Positions 46,993 through 54,828 of a stretch of 63,986 nucleotides of DNA are shown piece after piece. Both the position numbers and the translations under genes were made by a program. The stretch comes from a virus (lineage: Duplodnaviria; Caudoviricetes), in the IMG/VR virus record IMGVR_UViG_3300043392_000024, positions 1 to 63,986 of that record, one strand, 5' to 3'. A model generated the notes under the pieces. It was not told the DNA's origin. It searched no databases and saw only the letters and a program-made list of their open reading frames with translations. Within the stretch, counting starts at the first letter, position 1. The number at the start of each line of letters is the position of its first letter.

Positions 46993-47393
46993 TTGTCTTG
47001 TTGTTTACAGATTGAAATAAGTTTATCTATACAAGCATTCTCTGCTTCTTCGTAGGTATAATAACCTAGTGGACTTTCATCAACTACCCATTCTTCTTGT
47101 TCATTAATAATTATCTCCCAAGAATATCTATATCCTTCTTTATCAGATGCAGTTATTTTTAGCGGGAATACACTAGTGTGAAGTATATTGTGCTTCTCCC
47201 TAAACCATCTAAATACTTGTTGTTTAAGTGGTGCAAGAGTGTGATATGTAGGATTGAATAATACACCATCATCTGTACTAAACCCAATATATAGTTTACC
47301 AAAATCTTCATCATACCCAGCCATACATTTCTCATCAAAGCCAAGGTACATTAGTGCTACTGCTTGATCAAAGCTTACAAATTCTTCGCTCAT
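46989..47393 (-). CDS. Hypothetical protein
   Basis: 134 aa, APLKQQVFRWFREKH...TYEEAENAC, ending in KQQDK. Confidence 0.7.
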   Translation of the reverse strand: MSEEFVSFDQAVALMYLGFDEKCMAGYDEDFGKLYIGFSTDDGVLFNPTYHTLAPLKQQVFRWFREKHNILHTSVFPLKITASDKEGYRYSWEIIINEQEEWVVDESPLGYYTYEEAENACIDKLISICKQQDK

Positions 47394-47536
47394 TTCTTAT
47401 AAGGTTTATAGTCAGGATACTTTTTATGTATCGCCTTCCGTGTGATTTTAGATTGTTTTGACTTCTTGACATAGCATCCCCTATCGCAAGAACTTAGGCC
47501 AATGGCCAACATTAAAATGATTAAACTATATTTCAT
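47390..47536 (-). CDS. Small lipoprotein (48 aa; not in the ORF track)
   Basis: MKYSLIILMLAIGLSSC lipobox with a basic tail. ATGA overlap with the downstream gene. Confidence 0.6.
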   Translation of the reverse strand: MKYSLIILMLAIGLSSCDRGCYVKKSKQSKITRKAIHKKYPDYKPYKK

Positions 47537-47636
47537 ATCTCGGTCGGTATAAAAACGCAGCGATTATCGCCACAGGTAAAATAAGTAGCACGGCTATCGT
47601 GCCAAACAATGTAAAGGCTATCAAATTAATAGCCAT
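47526..47636 (-). CDS. Small membrane peptide (36 aa; not in the ORF track)
   Basis: MAINLIAFTLFGTIAVLLILPVAIIAAFLYRPRYEI, overlapping both neighbours. Confidence 0.5.
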   Translation of the reverse strand: MAINLIAFTLFGTIAVLLILPVAIIAAFLYRPRYEI

Positions 47637-47850
47637 GTCGCTTAAGCTCTGCTTCATAAGACTTCTTAGTTTTGGTGAAATTAACTATGCCTAACTTGTC
47701 AACATAGGTCGAGTCAAATGACTCATCCCAATTCTGATCCTGCAGGTTCACTCTCACGATTCTTGGTGAGGGTTTTGTCGAGCCTGGCTTCGAGCCAATC
47801 ACGATTAATAATACCCCCAAGCTTATTGTAGTTAGCAACATTTTTCTCAT
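47626..47850 (-). CDS. Small signal-anchor protein
   Basis: MRKMLLTTISLGVLLIVIG hydrophobic N-terminus. Confidence 0.55.
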   Translation of the reverse strand: MRKMLLTTISLGVLLIVIGSKPGSTKPSPRIVRVNLQDQNWDESFDSTYVDKLGIVNFTKTKKSYEAELKRHGY

Positions 47851-48094
47851 TTGATTTAAATTTTTTAATTCCATACAAAACTGATGCGTGATCTATAGGA
47901 TACCCATATCTCTCGCAGTACCTCTGAATCTCGCACACCTTTATACCTGCATCCTTGCACAGGTAATAAAAGTGATGCCGAGCGTTCACCACCGGAAAGG
48001 CTTTCGTATTTCGAAACATATCAAGCTTCTTAATACGATGGCGATATATAATTTTCTTTGCGATCTCATCGATCAACTCTACATTAGTAATCAT
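47723..48094 (-). CDS. DnaA C-terminal-like HTH protein
   Basis: VVNARHHFYYLC...IDHASVLYGIKK resembles the DnaA domain IV signature RDH(S/T)TVxHA. Confidence 0.6.
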   Translation of the reverse strand: MITNVELIDEIAKKIIYRHRIKKLDMFRNTKAFPVVNARHHFYYLCKDAGIKVCEIQRYCERYGYPIDHASVLYGIKKFKSNEKNVANYNKLGGIINRDWLEARLDKTLTKNRESEPAGSELG

Positions 48095-48174
48095 CTACAA
48101 AAAATTAAGATTAAAATAACAAACACTACCCATGTAACAATGGTGAATACACCTCCAGCTTGCTTATCGCTCAT
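48091..48174 (-). CDS. Small membrane peptide (27 aa; not in the ORF track)
   Basis: MSDKQAGGVFTIVTWVVFVILILIFCR, ATGA-coupled at both ends. Confidence 0.55.
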   Translation of the reverse strand: MSDKQAGGVFTIVTWVVFVILILIFCR

Positions 48175-48266
48175 ACCTTATAAATAAAATGTGCCAACCA
48201 AAAAATAACTATACTGAATACAAGCCATAACCCTACGGCTAATAAGATTCTATTTCTTTCTTCCAT
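48171..48266 (-). CDS. Small membrane peptide (31 aa; not in the ORF track)
   Basis: MEERNRILLAVGLWLVFSIVIFWLAHFIYKV. Confidence 0.55.
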   Translation of the reverse strand: MEERNRILLAVGLWLVFSIVIFWLAHFIYKV

Positions 48267-48381
48267 AATAAATTAAGATTAAGATTAAAATATAACACAA
48301 TAAAAACAATAACGCTGGTAGCATCAAGCCTATGTTAGCACAAATAATTGCAGCAAACATAAAAGCAAAGGGCATATACAT
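48250..48381 (-). CDS. Small membrane peptide (43 aa; not in the ORF track)
   Basis: MYMPFAFMFAAIICANIGLMLPALLFLLCYILILILIYYGRKK, TAATG-coupled to the upstream gene. Confidence 0.5.
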   Translation of the reverse strand: MYMPFAFMFAAIICANIGLMLPALLFLLCYILILILIYYGRKK

Positions 48382-48626
48382 TAGTCTATGCATAAGTATT
48401 CATTTATAAGGTCATCAAATTGTTTAAGTAATCTCTCACGGTCGTTATCGTACGATGTGAATAACCAAGTCGCATTCTCGTAAGCCTGCAGTATATACTT
48501 GGTAGTTATCGGGTCACGATCTAATGTTAGTTGCAGATGACTCCAATTGCTCAATGGCAGTATAAGTCTTCCCTTCTTTTTGCCCGAAAGGATTAATTCG
48601 CGAAAAGGTTCGAGGTGCTGTCTCAT
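48381..48626 (-). CDS. Hypothetical protein
   Basis: 81-aa ORF. Confidence 0.6.
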   Translation of the reverse strand: MRQHLEPFRELILSGKKKGRLILPLSNWSHLQLTLDRDPITTKYILQAYENATWLFTSYDNDRERLLKQFDDLINEYLCID

Positions 48627-48924
48627 ATAATTTTTGTCTTGCGATTGATAATTGGAACTCTAAATTGTCATGCCATTGCTTAGGAGCATAGGCTATGTTA
48701 AATTGTACCGATCTAAATTCATTCTCGAATTCACGAAAGTTTAAACGATCCTCGGCATACATACATAGCTTACTATAACTGTAGTTATGTTTGTCTGAGT
48801 ACCATATACTAAAATCTGAGATCGCCTCAAGGATGTACTCCTCTCGGTACTCCTTAATATCGCCTACACGAATAGCATTAAGGATAAAATTACGGCAGTC
48901 GATTAAAAAATCTTGCTTATTCAT
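48514..48924 (-). CDS. Hypothetical protein
   Basis: 136-aa ORF whose 3' part overlaps the next gene. Confidence 0.6.
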   Translation of the reverse strand: MNKQDFLIDCRNFILNAIRVGDIKEYREEYILEAISDFSIWYSDKHNYSYSKLCMYAEDRLNFREFENEFRSVQFNIAYAPKQWHDNLEFQLSIARQKLYETAPRTFSRINPFGQKEGKTYTAIEQLESSATNIRS

Positions 48925-48974
48925 TTGGTAAGGGGGTTAAATTTCGGTTGAAAGTTAGTAGAATTAATTGGCAT

Positions 48975-49655
48975 TTACAACACCTTGCTCCATTGGTTTG
49001 CGATCGCTTTAGCCATTCCCTGAAATGTTTTGCTTCTCAAAGTTCTACGCTCCGCAGGAGTTTTAGCCTGACTTAAAGCCTTGTAATACCACATCGGCTG
49101 TCGCTTTACTTTCCCACTCTTGCCATCAACCCATTCAAAAAATTCTCCCTTATCTACAATGTCAGTAGGAGTGATCAATGGTAGATTTTTAAGCCACAAA
49201 CAAGTAGACTTATTTGCTGAATCACCAAACATCCAAGGCTGAATGATCTGATCGGGTTTACGCCATGCAGTTGATAATGATCCAATAGGATTCTCAATTG
49301 CGATCCGAGGAATATTCGACTCATAAAGTTTTATAACAAACTCAATCGCTGACTGCCGATCACACTCACGATTTGGATATCTTGGGTGAGGTCTACGCTC
49401 ATTACTTGGCAAGTGCTTATCATCGGGATGGTAGTACCATGCAGCCCCACTTGAGGACAAAAATGTGCAAGGTGGGTGAGCGATCATAAGATCCCAGTTC
49501 TGATCAATCACACCAAACACATCGCCTTGTATGTGCCACTCGGGGTGACCTCCCGAGCAAGGCAAGATGTCGCAACTGAATGCCTCATGACCTAAGGCCC
49601 TAAACTCTTTTGTGATCGCTTGACTTTCCTCGCAAGCTATTAATACTTTTGCCAT
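48975..49655 (-). CDS. Compact DNA cytosine-C5 methyltransferase-like protein
   Basis: VLIACEES (motif I variant), DLMIAHPPCT (motif IV PC), IENP (motif VI), RSKTFQGMA. Confidence 0.8.
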   Translation of the reverse strand: MAKVLIACEESQAITKEFRALGHEAFSCDILPCSGGHPEWHIQGDVFGVIDQNWDLMIAHPPCTFLSSSGAAWYYHPDDKHLPSNERRPHPRYPNRECDRQSAIEFVIKLYESNIPRIAIENPIGSLSTAWRKPDQIIQPWMFGDSANKSTCLWLKNLPLITPTDIVDKGEFFEWVDGKSGKVKRQPMWYYKALSQAKTPAERRTLRSKTFQGMAKAIANQWSKVL

Positions 49656-49668
49656 TTTAAATTTCGTT

Positions 49669-50010
49669 TTAATATCCGTAAAAAAATCCTTGTTCATCGC
49701 ATCGCTTAGGCTCTTCATTTCGCCAATCTATTGACCGATCTTCATCAATGTTAGGCCAAATAATATCAGATCTATTTTCAGTAGAGTATGCTAGTTCAAT
49801 ACCCGCACTTCGATCTGATCCAAGGCCGTTCATTTCAGCAAGCAACTCATAAAAGTCTTTGTTATCAAACTTTCCGTAGCCCTCATATAAAGGCTCATGC
49901 CATACGTTCCCTTGATTATCCTTTAGGTATACATTCAAAGCCCCTCGAACTGAATGTACATTTGATACGCTCTTATTGGTATCGTTAGTTATGAATGAAT
50001 GAAATCCCAT
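49669..50010 (-). CDS. Hypothetical early protein
   Basis: MGFHSFITNDT..YEGYGKF..DFYELLAEMN..QGFFY. Confidence 0.75.
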   Translation of the reverse strand: MGFHSFITNDTNKSVSNVHSVRGALNVYLKDNQGNVWHEPLYEGYGKFDNKDFYELLAEMNGLGSDRSAGIELAYSTENRSDIIWPNIDEDRSIDWRNEEPKRCDEQGFFYGY

Positions 50011-50027
50011 TTTAATTTTCGTTTAAG

Positions 50028-50537
50028 TTATTTTGCTAGTAAAGTTTTTAAATGCTTTTTGAATATATACATATCAAACACTTCATTTACATCATTAAAA
50101 TAACATCCATTAAAATACACTTTGAATCCTTTTAATTTTAAATATGATCGCCCTAATATGGTTTCATAATCACTTCGCATTTCATACTTCCAAACTAATG
50201 CATTGCCATCATGATAGCCATTCCCTATACAACTTCCGTTTTGATGTCTTATTTGAAAATAGTTATCATGATCTTTGTACGGCAAAAGTTCAAGTCCAAT
50301 TTCACGAAGCATATCGCCGTACTTCTTATTATCTTCTGCCATTTGCAAGTTCATCGCCTCTCTGATCGCAATATTACTTGCACCTATTTCTCGAATGCGA
50401 ATTTCATCTTTCTCCACCTCATCACACAAATGAGCAAAGATATTATCAGCTGATCCGATTGCATGATCATTAATTTTCGCAAACTCATTTACTAAGTTTG
50501 AAATAATTTCGTTTTGTTTTGGGGTTAAATTTTCCAT
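50028..50537 (-). CDS. Hypothetical early protein
   Basis: 169-aa ORF. Confidence 0.7.
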   Translation of the reverse strand: MENLTPKQNEIISNLVNEFAKINDHAIGSADNIFAHLCDEVEKDEIRIREIGASNIAIREAMNLQMAEDNKKYGDMLREIGLELLPYKDHDNYFQIRHQNGSCIGNGYHDGNALVWKYEMRSDYETILGRSYLKLKGFKVYFNGCYFNDVNEVFDMYIFKKHLKTLLAK

Positions 50538-50538
50538 T

Positions 50539-50736
50539 CTAATTTTCGTTTAAATTTTGTGTCGTAAATATTTCTATAAAATCAGTGTAAAATTCATCGG
50601 CATTAAATACCTCAATGTAGTTACACAATACATCGTTTTTCTCATCATATTGATTATCTGCATTATATCGAATAATCACCTCAGCATTCGGGTTTGGATG
50701 CTGATTTAAAATTTGAATTAAGTCTTTGATCGTCAT
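50539..50736 (-). CDS. Hypothetical early protein
   Basis: MTIKDLIQIL...PNAEV pattern. Confidence 0.7.
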   Translation of the reverse strand: MTIKDLIQILNQHPNPNAEVIIRYNADNQYDEKNDVLCNYIEVFNADEFYTDFIEIFTTQNLNEN

Positions 50737-50737
50737 T

Positions 50738-50947
50738 TTAATTTTGGTTTAAATAGTTTAAAATTGGTTCTACTTTCTTTGTATACTGCTCCACGTAATC
50801 TGCCAGGCTATCGTCAATTTCCGTAAAAATTGAGTTTTCGATCTGCTCCTTTGTATTCCGATCGTATACTTTGATAATGATCACACCGCTTATTGACTTG
50901 ATAATATGCAGGGAATAATCGCCTGCCTTAATTATTTTCTTGCTCAT
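50738..50947 (-). CDS. Hypothetical early protein
   Basis: 69-aa ORF. Confidence 0.65.
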   Translation of the reverse strand: MSKKIIKAGDYSLHIIKSISGVIIIKVYDRNTKEQIENSIFTEIDDSLADYVEQYTKKVEPILNYLNQN

Positions 50948-51083
50948 CTAATTCTGATTTTAAAAAGGTTAAAAAATTGATTAGTAAAATGCCACCGCCT
51001 AAGAATGTCCAAAATCCGTTTGGCTGATCAACCTCAATAAATAAAAATGAGATTGCTATTAAATTTGCTATTGATCGTTTCAT
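50928..51083 (-). CDS. Small two-helix membrane peptide (51 aa; not in the ORF track)
   Basis: MKRSIANLIAISFLFIEVDQPNGFWTFLGGGILLINFLTFLKSELDEQENN, ATGA-coupled to the upstream gene. Confidence 0.5.
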   Translation of the reverse strand: MKRSIANLIAISFLFIEVDQPNGFWTFLGGGILLINFLTFLKSELDEQENN

Positions 51084-51484
51084 ATTAATTTATTTACAAT
51101 TTGATCCCATTCCTTTTTACTGATAGCACCATCAATATTTTTGTAGTATTCCGTGTAGAATTCCATTGTATGCAATTTTTTAAGCAACTGAGTAACCACA
51201 TACAAATACTGATGCTTTTGTGCCTCAAGATCACACTCACTTCTGAGTTCGAAAAAATCGCCATCTGAGTTATACTCATTTCCGTTCTCATCAAAATATT
51301 GAATTTGAACATCTACCAAATTTTCTTCGCCCTCAAATTGAGGTGATGCCCACAACTTAAGATCACCATTTGACCAACAGATCGCACCCGTTTGGATATC
51401 TCTTTCTAAATTGAAGCAATCTATTTTAGTCACTCCAAAATCTACATTTTTGTAATTGATATACTTTTGCATATTAGTCTTCAT
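51080..51484 (-). CDS. Hypothetical early protein (probable paralog of 51765..52319)
   Basis: LKLWASPQFE...DLEAQK. Confidence 0.65.
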   Translation of the reverse strand: MKTNMQKYINYKNVDFGVTKIDCFNLERDIQTGAICWSNGDLKLWASPQFEGEENLVDVQIQYFDENGNEYNSDGDFFELRSECDLEAQKHQYLYVVTQLLKKLHTMEFYTEYYKNIDGAISKKEWDQIVNKLI

Positions 51485-51731
51485 AATAGTTTATAATTCT
51501 TTCAATTTTCTCATTTATAATGCTTGTAACATTGTTAATGTTTGAGTCAATAGCACGCTTCAGAATGGCCTTAAATTGATCGGCTTCTATAACTATCTGC
51601 TCATCGTCTGCACGATCGTCATTCACTTCATCTAGAATATTTTCTACATCGTATACGCTAAACAATAGATCTGTATTGTAGCCTCTTTTTTTAAGCTCTT
51701 GAATTAATTCAAATGTCTCTATCTTTTCCAT
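51474..51731 (-). CDS. Hypothetical early protein
   Basis: 85-aa acidic ORF. Confidence 0.7.
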   Translation of the reverse strand: MEKIETFELIQELKKRGYNTDLLFSVYDVENILDEVNDDRADDEQIVIEADQFKAILKRAIDSNINNVTSIINEKIERIINYYED

Positions 51732-51764
51732 TTTATTTAAATTTTCTTAATTTCCAGTTTTACA

Positions 51765-52319
51765 CTATTTTTTATTTTTTACCTTTTTAAACTCAGCAAT
51801 TAAACATTCCGTTAAATATTCGATCCGCTCAAATGTAGCTTTGTCGTTTTTCATTGTTTCGACAAACTCTTGATTATCGTACATCTGATAAACTAGTTCG
51901 CTTACCTTATGCTGTGCTACAATATCGTTATATGTAGGTATCAGCGTTTCAATATTATCAATGATCTCGTAAACTTGTTTCCGCCAAATTTCTTTTTGTT
52001 TCTCAATGTCTCCAAAATATGGCTTGATATCTACTTCAATCACTTCGCCTAAAATATCGCCAAAACCGCCATTTCCATAAATATCATTTACACTAAAGTA
52101 GATCGTACCCCAATCATTTTCGAAGCATGGCGAACAATACAATTCTAGACCCGTTTTAGGATCAACAAAATATCTTGCATCTGTATGGCGATCGCTACCA
52201 AATTGCCAACCTTTATAGTCACACTCACCTTTGAGTTTATCGTCTGTTAAAAATCCGCTGTTTAAAATATCATTAGATAATTCGCGTAGATCAATATAAA
52301 TTCTATTTAAGTTTTCCAT
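51765..52319 (-). CDS. Hypothetical early protein
   Basis: LELYCSPCFE...DIEKQK. Confidence 0.7.
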   Translation of the reverse strand: MENLNRIYIDLRELSNDILNSGFLTDDKLKGECDYKGWQFGSDRHTDARYFVDPKTGLELYCSPCFENDWGTIYFSVNDIYGNGGFGDILGEVIEVDIKPYFGDIEKQKEIWRKQVYEIIDNIETLIPTYNDIVAQHKVSELVYQMYDNQEFVETMKNDKATFERIEYLTECLIAEFKKVKNKK

Positions 52320-52368
52320 TTTAAATTTGATCCGATATTATTGCCTCGGATCTACGGCTTTAGGTTTA

Positions 52369-52599
52369 TTACTTAATTGCGTTTAAAATATATCCTTTAA
52401 TTTCCTCAGCCTTACTGTCACATAAACGTTGACACAAAAAGCTATCTAAATATTGCGTTTCAAATTCGATATATTTTGGATTTCCAAAATAAAAATTTAT
52501 CTCCTCGTCTCCTGTTTTTATGGTGGTTAATTTGCTACGCTCTTTTATATATACTTTGTAGCTATCTCCTTTTAAGTTTAATTTAAATGTCTTTTTCAT
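52369..52599 (-). CDS. Hypothetical early protein
   Basis: 76-aa ORF. Confidence 0.65.
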   Translation of the reverse strand: MKKTFKLNLKGDSYKVYIKERSKLTTIKTGDEEINFYFGNPKYIEFETQYLDSFLCQRLCDSKAEEIKGYILNAIK

Positions 52600-52630
52600 G
52601 ATCTTTTATTTTTAAAGGTTGATTAATTTA

Positions 52631-53341
52631 TTATCTTACTACAAAGCCCGTTGTATCCGCTTTTGCTTTTGATCCTTTAGCCTTTAGCCCTAATATTTTT
52701 CCGCTCAATTCCAACATAAGATCGTCCGCTTTATCGCCGTCAATTACTTCAGCACCCAAGTAGGTTTTAGGCATCGGCTTTTTATGATCGAATACTACAG
52801 AAACATTAGCACCAATTGATAGGGCTTTTTTTGCATCGGCTTCATTAATTTCAGATCGGCTAAAAGTTAAAATATAATTTGTCCCTTTGTACTTCATTAC
52901 TTTGCCCAAAACTTTAGTGTAATCGTAAAAAATTAAGTTAGGAAAATCCGCTAAAATATCTTTATTCAATCTGTTTTTAATGATCGCAATAAAATCTAGA
53001 TCGGATGTTCCGTTTAATCTTACTTCAATTTTGCCGTTTTTCTTAATTGCTTTTTTGTTCAGCAAAAACAATTCATGGTAAATTTTTTCGCAAAAGGCTG
53101 TTCGATCTGTAATGTACATTTCAGTTCTACGTGATCTAGCTTGATTGATTGTAGCATATACAGACGCAAGCCCTGAATTTACCAAACAGCCGTTTATACA
53201 GCCGTCGGAAGCATTTGTACAAATATTGACCCATTTGCTGTTTTGATTATATGGAAGCATATACAATATATGCGTTTCCAAACTGTTTTTAACTGTTTTA
53301 GCGTTATTTGATCCTTTCGAAATTAATTTTGCAGTTGACAT
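52631..53341 (-). CDS. GP88-like phage protein (Cys-cluster, radical-SAM-like fold suspected)
   Basis: ICTNASDGCINGCL, RLNGTSDL, FYDYTK, LTFSRSE, DGD..D, GLKAKG. Confidence 0.7.
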   Translation of the reverse strand: MSTAKLISKGSNNAKTVKNSLETHILYMLPYNQNSKWVNICTNASDGCINGCLVNSGLASVYATINQARSRRTEMYITDRTAFCEKIYHELFLLNKKAIKKNGKIEVRLNGTSDLDFIAIIKNRLNKDILADFPNLIFYDYTKVLGKVMKYKGTNYILTFSRSEINEADAKKALSIGANVSVVFDHKKPMPKTYLGAEVIDGDKADDLMLELSGKILGLKAKGSKAKADTTGFVVR

Positions 53342-53363
53342 AATAGTAATATTTTAAGGTTGA

Positions 53364-53579
53364 TTAATAATTGAATTCGATTTTATCTAATTTTAAGTTC
53401 CATTCATTTGTAAGGTCTACAATTGTTTGGCTGTGCCATTCATTCAAAGGTGCTAAATTTTTAGCTTTGATCTTTGCGCCTCTTATTGACTTGCATAATA
53501 CTACAGCCGTAAACATAATTTCAAATTCGCCATGGCTGTTTAATTTTTTGAATGTTATTCTAAATTTCTTCATGATCAT
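53364..53579 (-). CDS. Hypothetical early protein
   Basis: 71-aa basic ORF. Confidence 0.6.
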   Translation of the reverse strand: MIMKKFRITFKKLNSHGEFEIMFTAVVLCKSIRGAKIKAKNLAPLNEWHSQTIVDLTNEWNLKLDKIEFNY

Positions 53580-53585
53580 TTATAT

Positions 53586-53753
53586 TTAAAAGTGATAAAT
53601 AGTTTTTTCTAATTCGACTAGATCTAAATTTGAATTAATACGTAAGGCTAAAATAGTCGCCTTTCCATATGCTGAAAAACGGCTATTGGCTTTAACTGTA
53701 ATTTGCTGTTTTGGTGATCCTAAAAAATAAGCGTTAAAAATGTACGTATCCAT
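53586..53753 (-). CDS. Hypothetical early protein (first gene of the - strand arm)
   Basis: Likely start MDTYIF at 53753. Confidence 0.55.
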   Translation of the reverse strand: MDTYIFNAYFLGSPKQQITVKANSRFSAYGKATILALRINSNLDLVELEKTIYHF

Positions 53754-54211
53754 GAGCGTAATATTTAAAAGGTTTTTGTTTGAATGCGATTGCAAGTAAT
53801 AAAGGATTTTTTTATTATGCAAATATTTTTGTTGAATTCATGTAGAATTTTTTTGATCGCAAAGGTTTGGGTTAACCTGGAATTATAGATTTTGTCCTAT
53901 AAAAAATTGCGATTCAAGAAAGCCAGGGCACATTAAGCCGTAAAATTATTCGATAAATACAATAAAAATATGTTGAAAACTTTTTTTCAGATCAATGAAA
54001 TATTTTTAAAAAGGATTGAAAAAGTAGAAAATTTTGGGCTGTGGCAAGCCGTGAAGTCACGGCGATTTATCGCAAATATTTTTGGCTTTTTTGTTTTGCG
54101 ATCGGATCAAAAAAGGTATTGATCGGATCGGATTTTTGTAATGGAAACGGCTGTAGATCTGTTGCAATTGGATCGGCAAAAGTGTAAACTAATTTGATCG
54201 GTTTATTAGTT

Positions 54212-54296
54212 AATTAGACAAACATCTAATTGCAAAATGTAGATAGTTAGTCAAGCATCTAATTAGCAATGTGGCTAATTAGCCGAACGGCTAAAT
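54212..54296. promoter_or_regulatory. Array of four AATTAG-N8-CTAATT palindromic sites
   Basis: Sites at 54212-31, 54245-64, 54261-80 and 54277-96. The last three have a 16-bp period. Confidence 0.7.
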
Positions 54297-54828
54297 AAGA
54301 AAAAGCCAAAAAGTTCCGAGCCTTTAGTCCAATCCGCACCCCCCGGGGTCAAAAAAAGATCGTTTCCCCTGGATCGCCGCCGGTGTAAAATGATGGGGTT
54401 ATCCAAAATCCATTTTTATCTAACATAAATTTCTACCCTATTCATGAACTCAGTGTACAAAGTGATGTACAAGTGTAGAAGTTTGCAAACTTTGATTTTA
54501 AAGTATGTAATCCTAACTTATTGATTATTAATAAGTTATATTTATTTTTATGAATAGTGCTTAAAATGTATAAAATAATAGAGAAAAATAAAAAAAAATA
54601 AAATATATAGAAATAGAAAAATATATATAGAAGTATATAGGCAAAAAAGTTTGCAAGTTTACATAGGTCATTATTTATTGTTACAACAAAAAGTATATCA
54701 ATATGTTACGATTACATACTGTCGAATTGGCTTTTACAAACTGTAAACATTTCCTACACTCGTTCATTAAAAGTTTGCATATATTCATGCTATTAGTTAT
54801 ATTTGTACATAATTTAAATATATTCAAT

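Noticed and set aside
54212-54296. Mini CRISPR array
   Set aside because: Units are 16-20 bp with 8-nt spacers, too short, and there are no cas genes.
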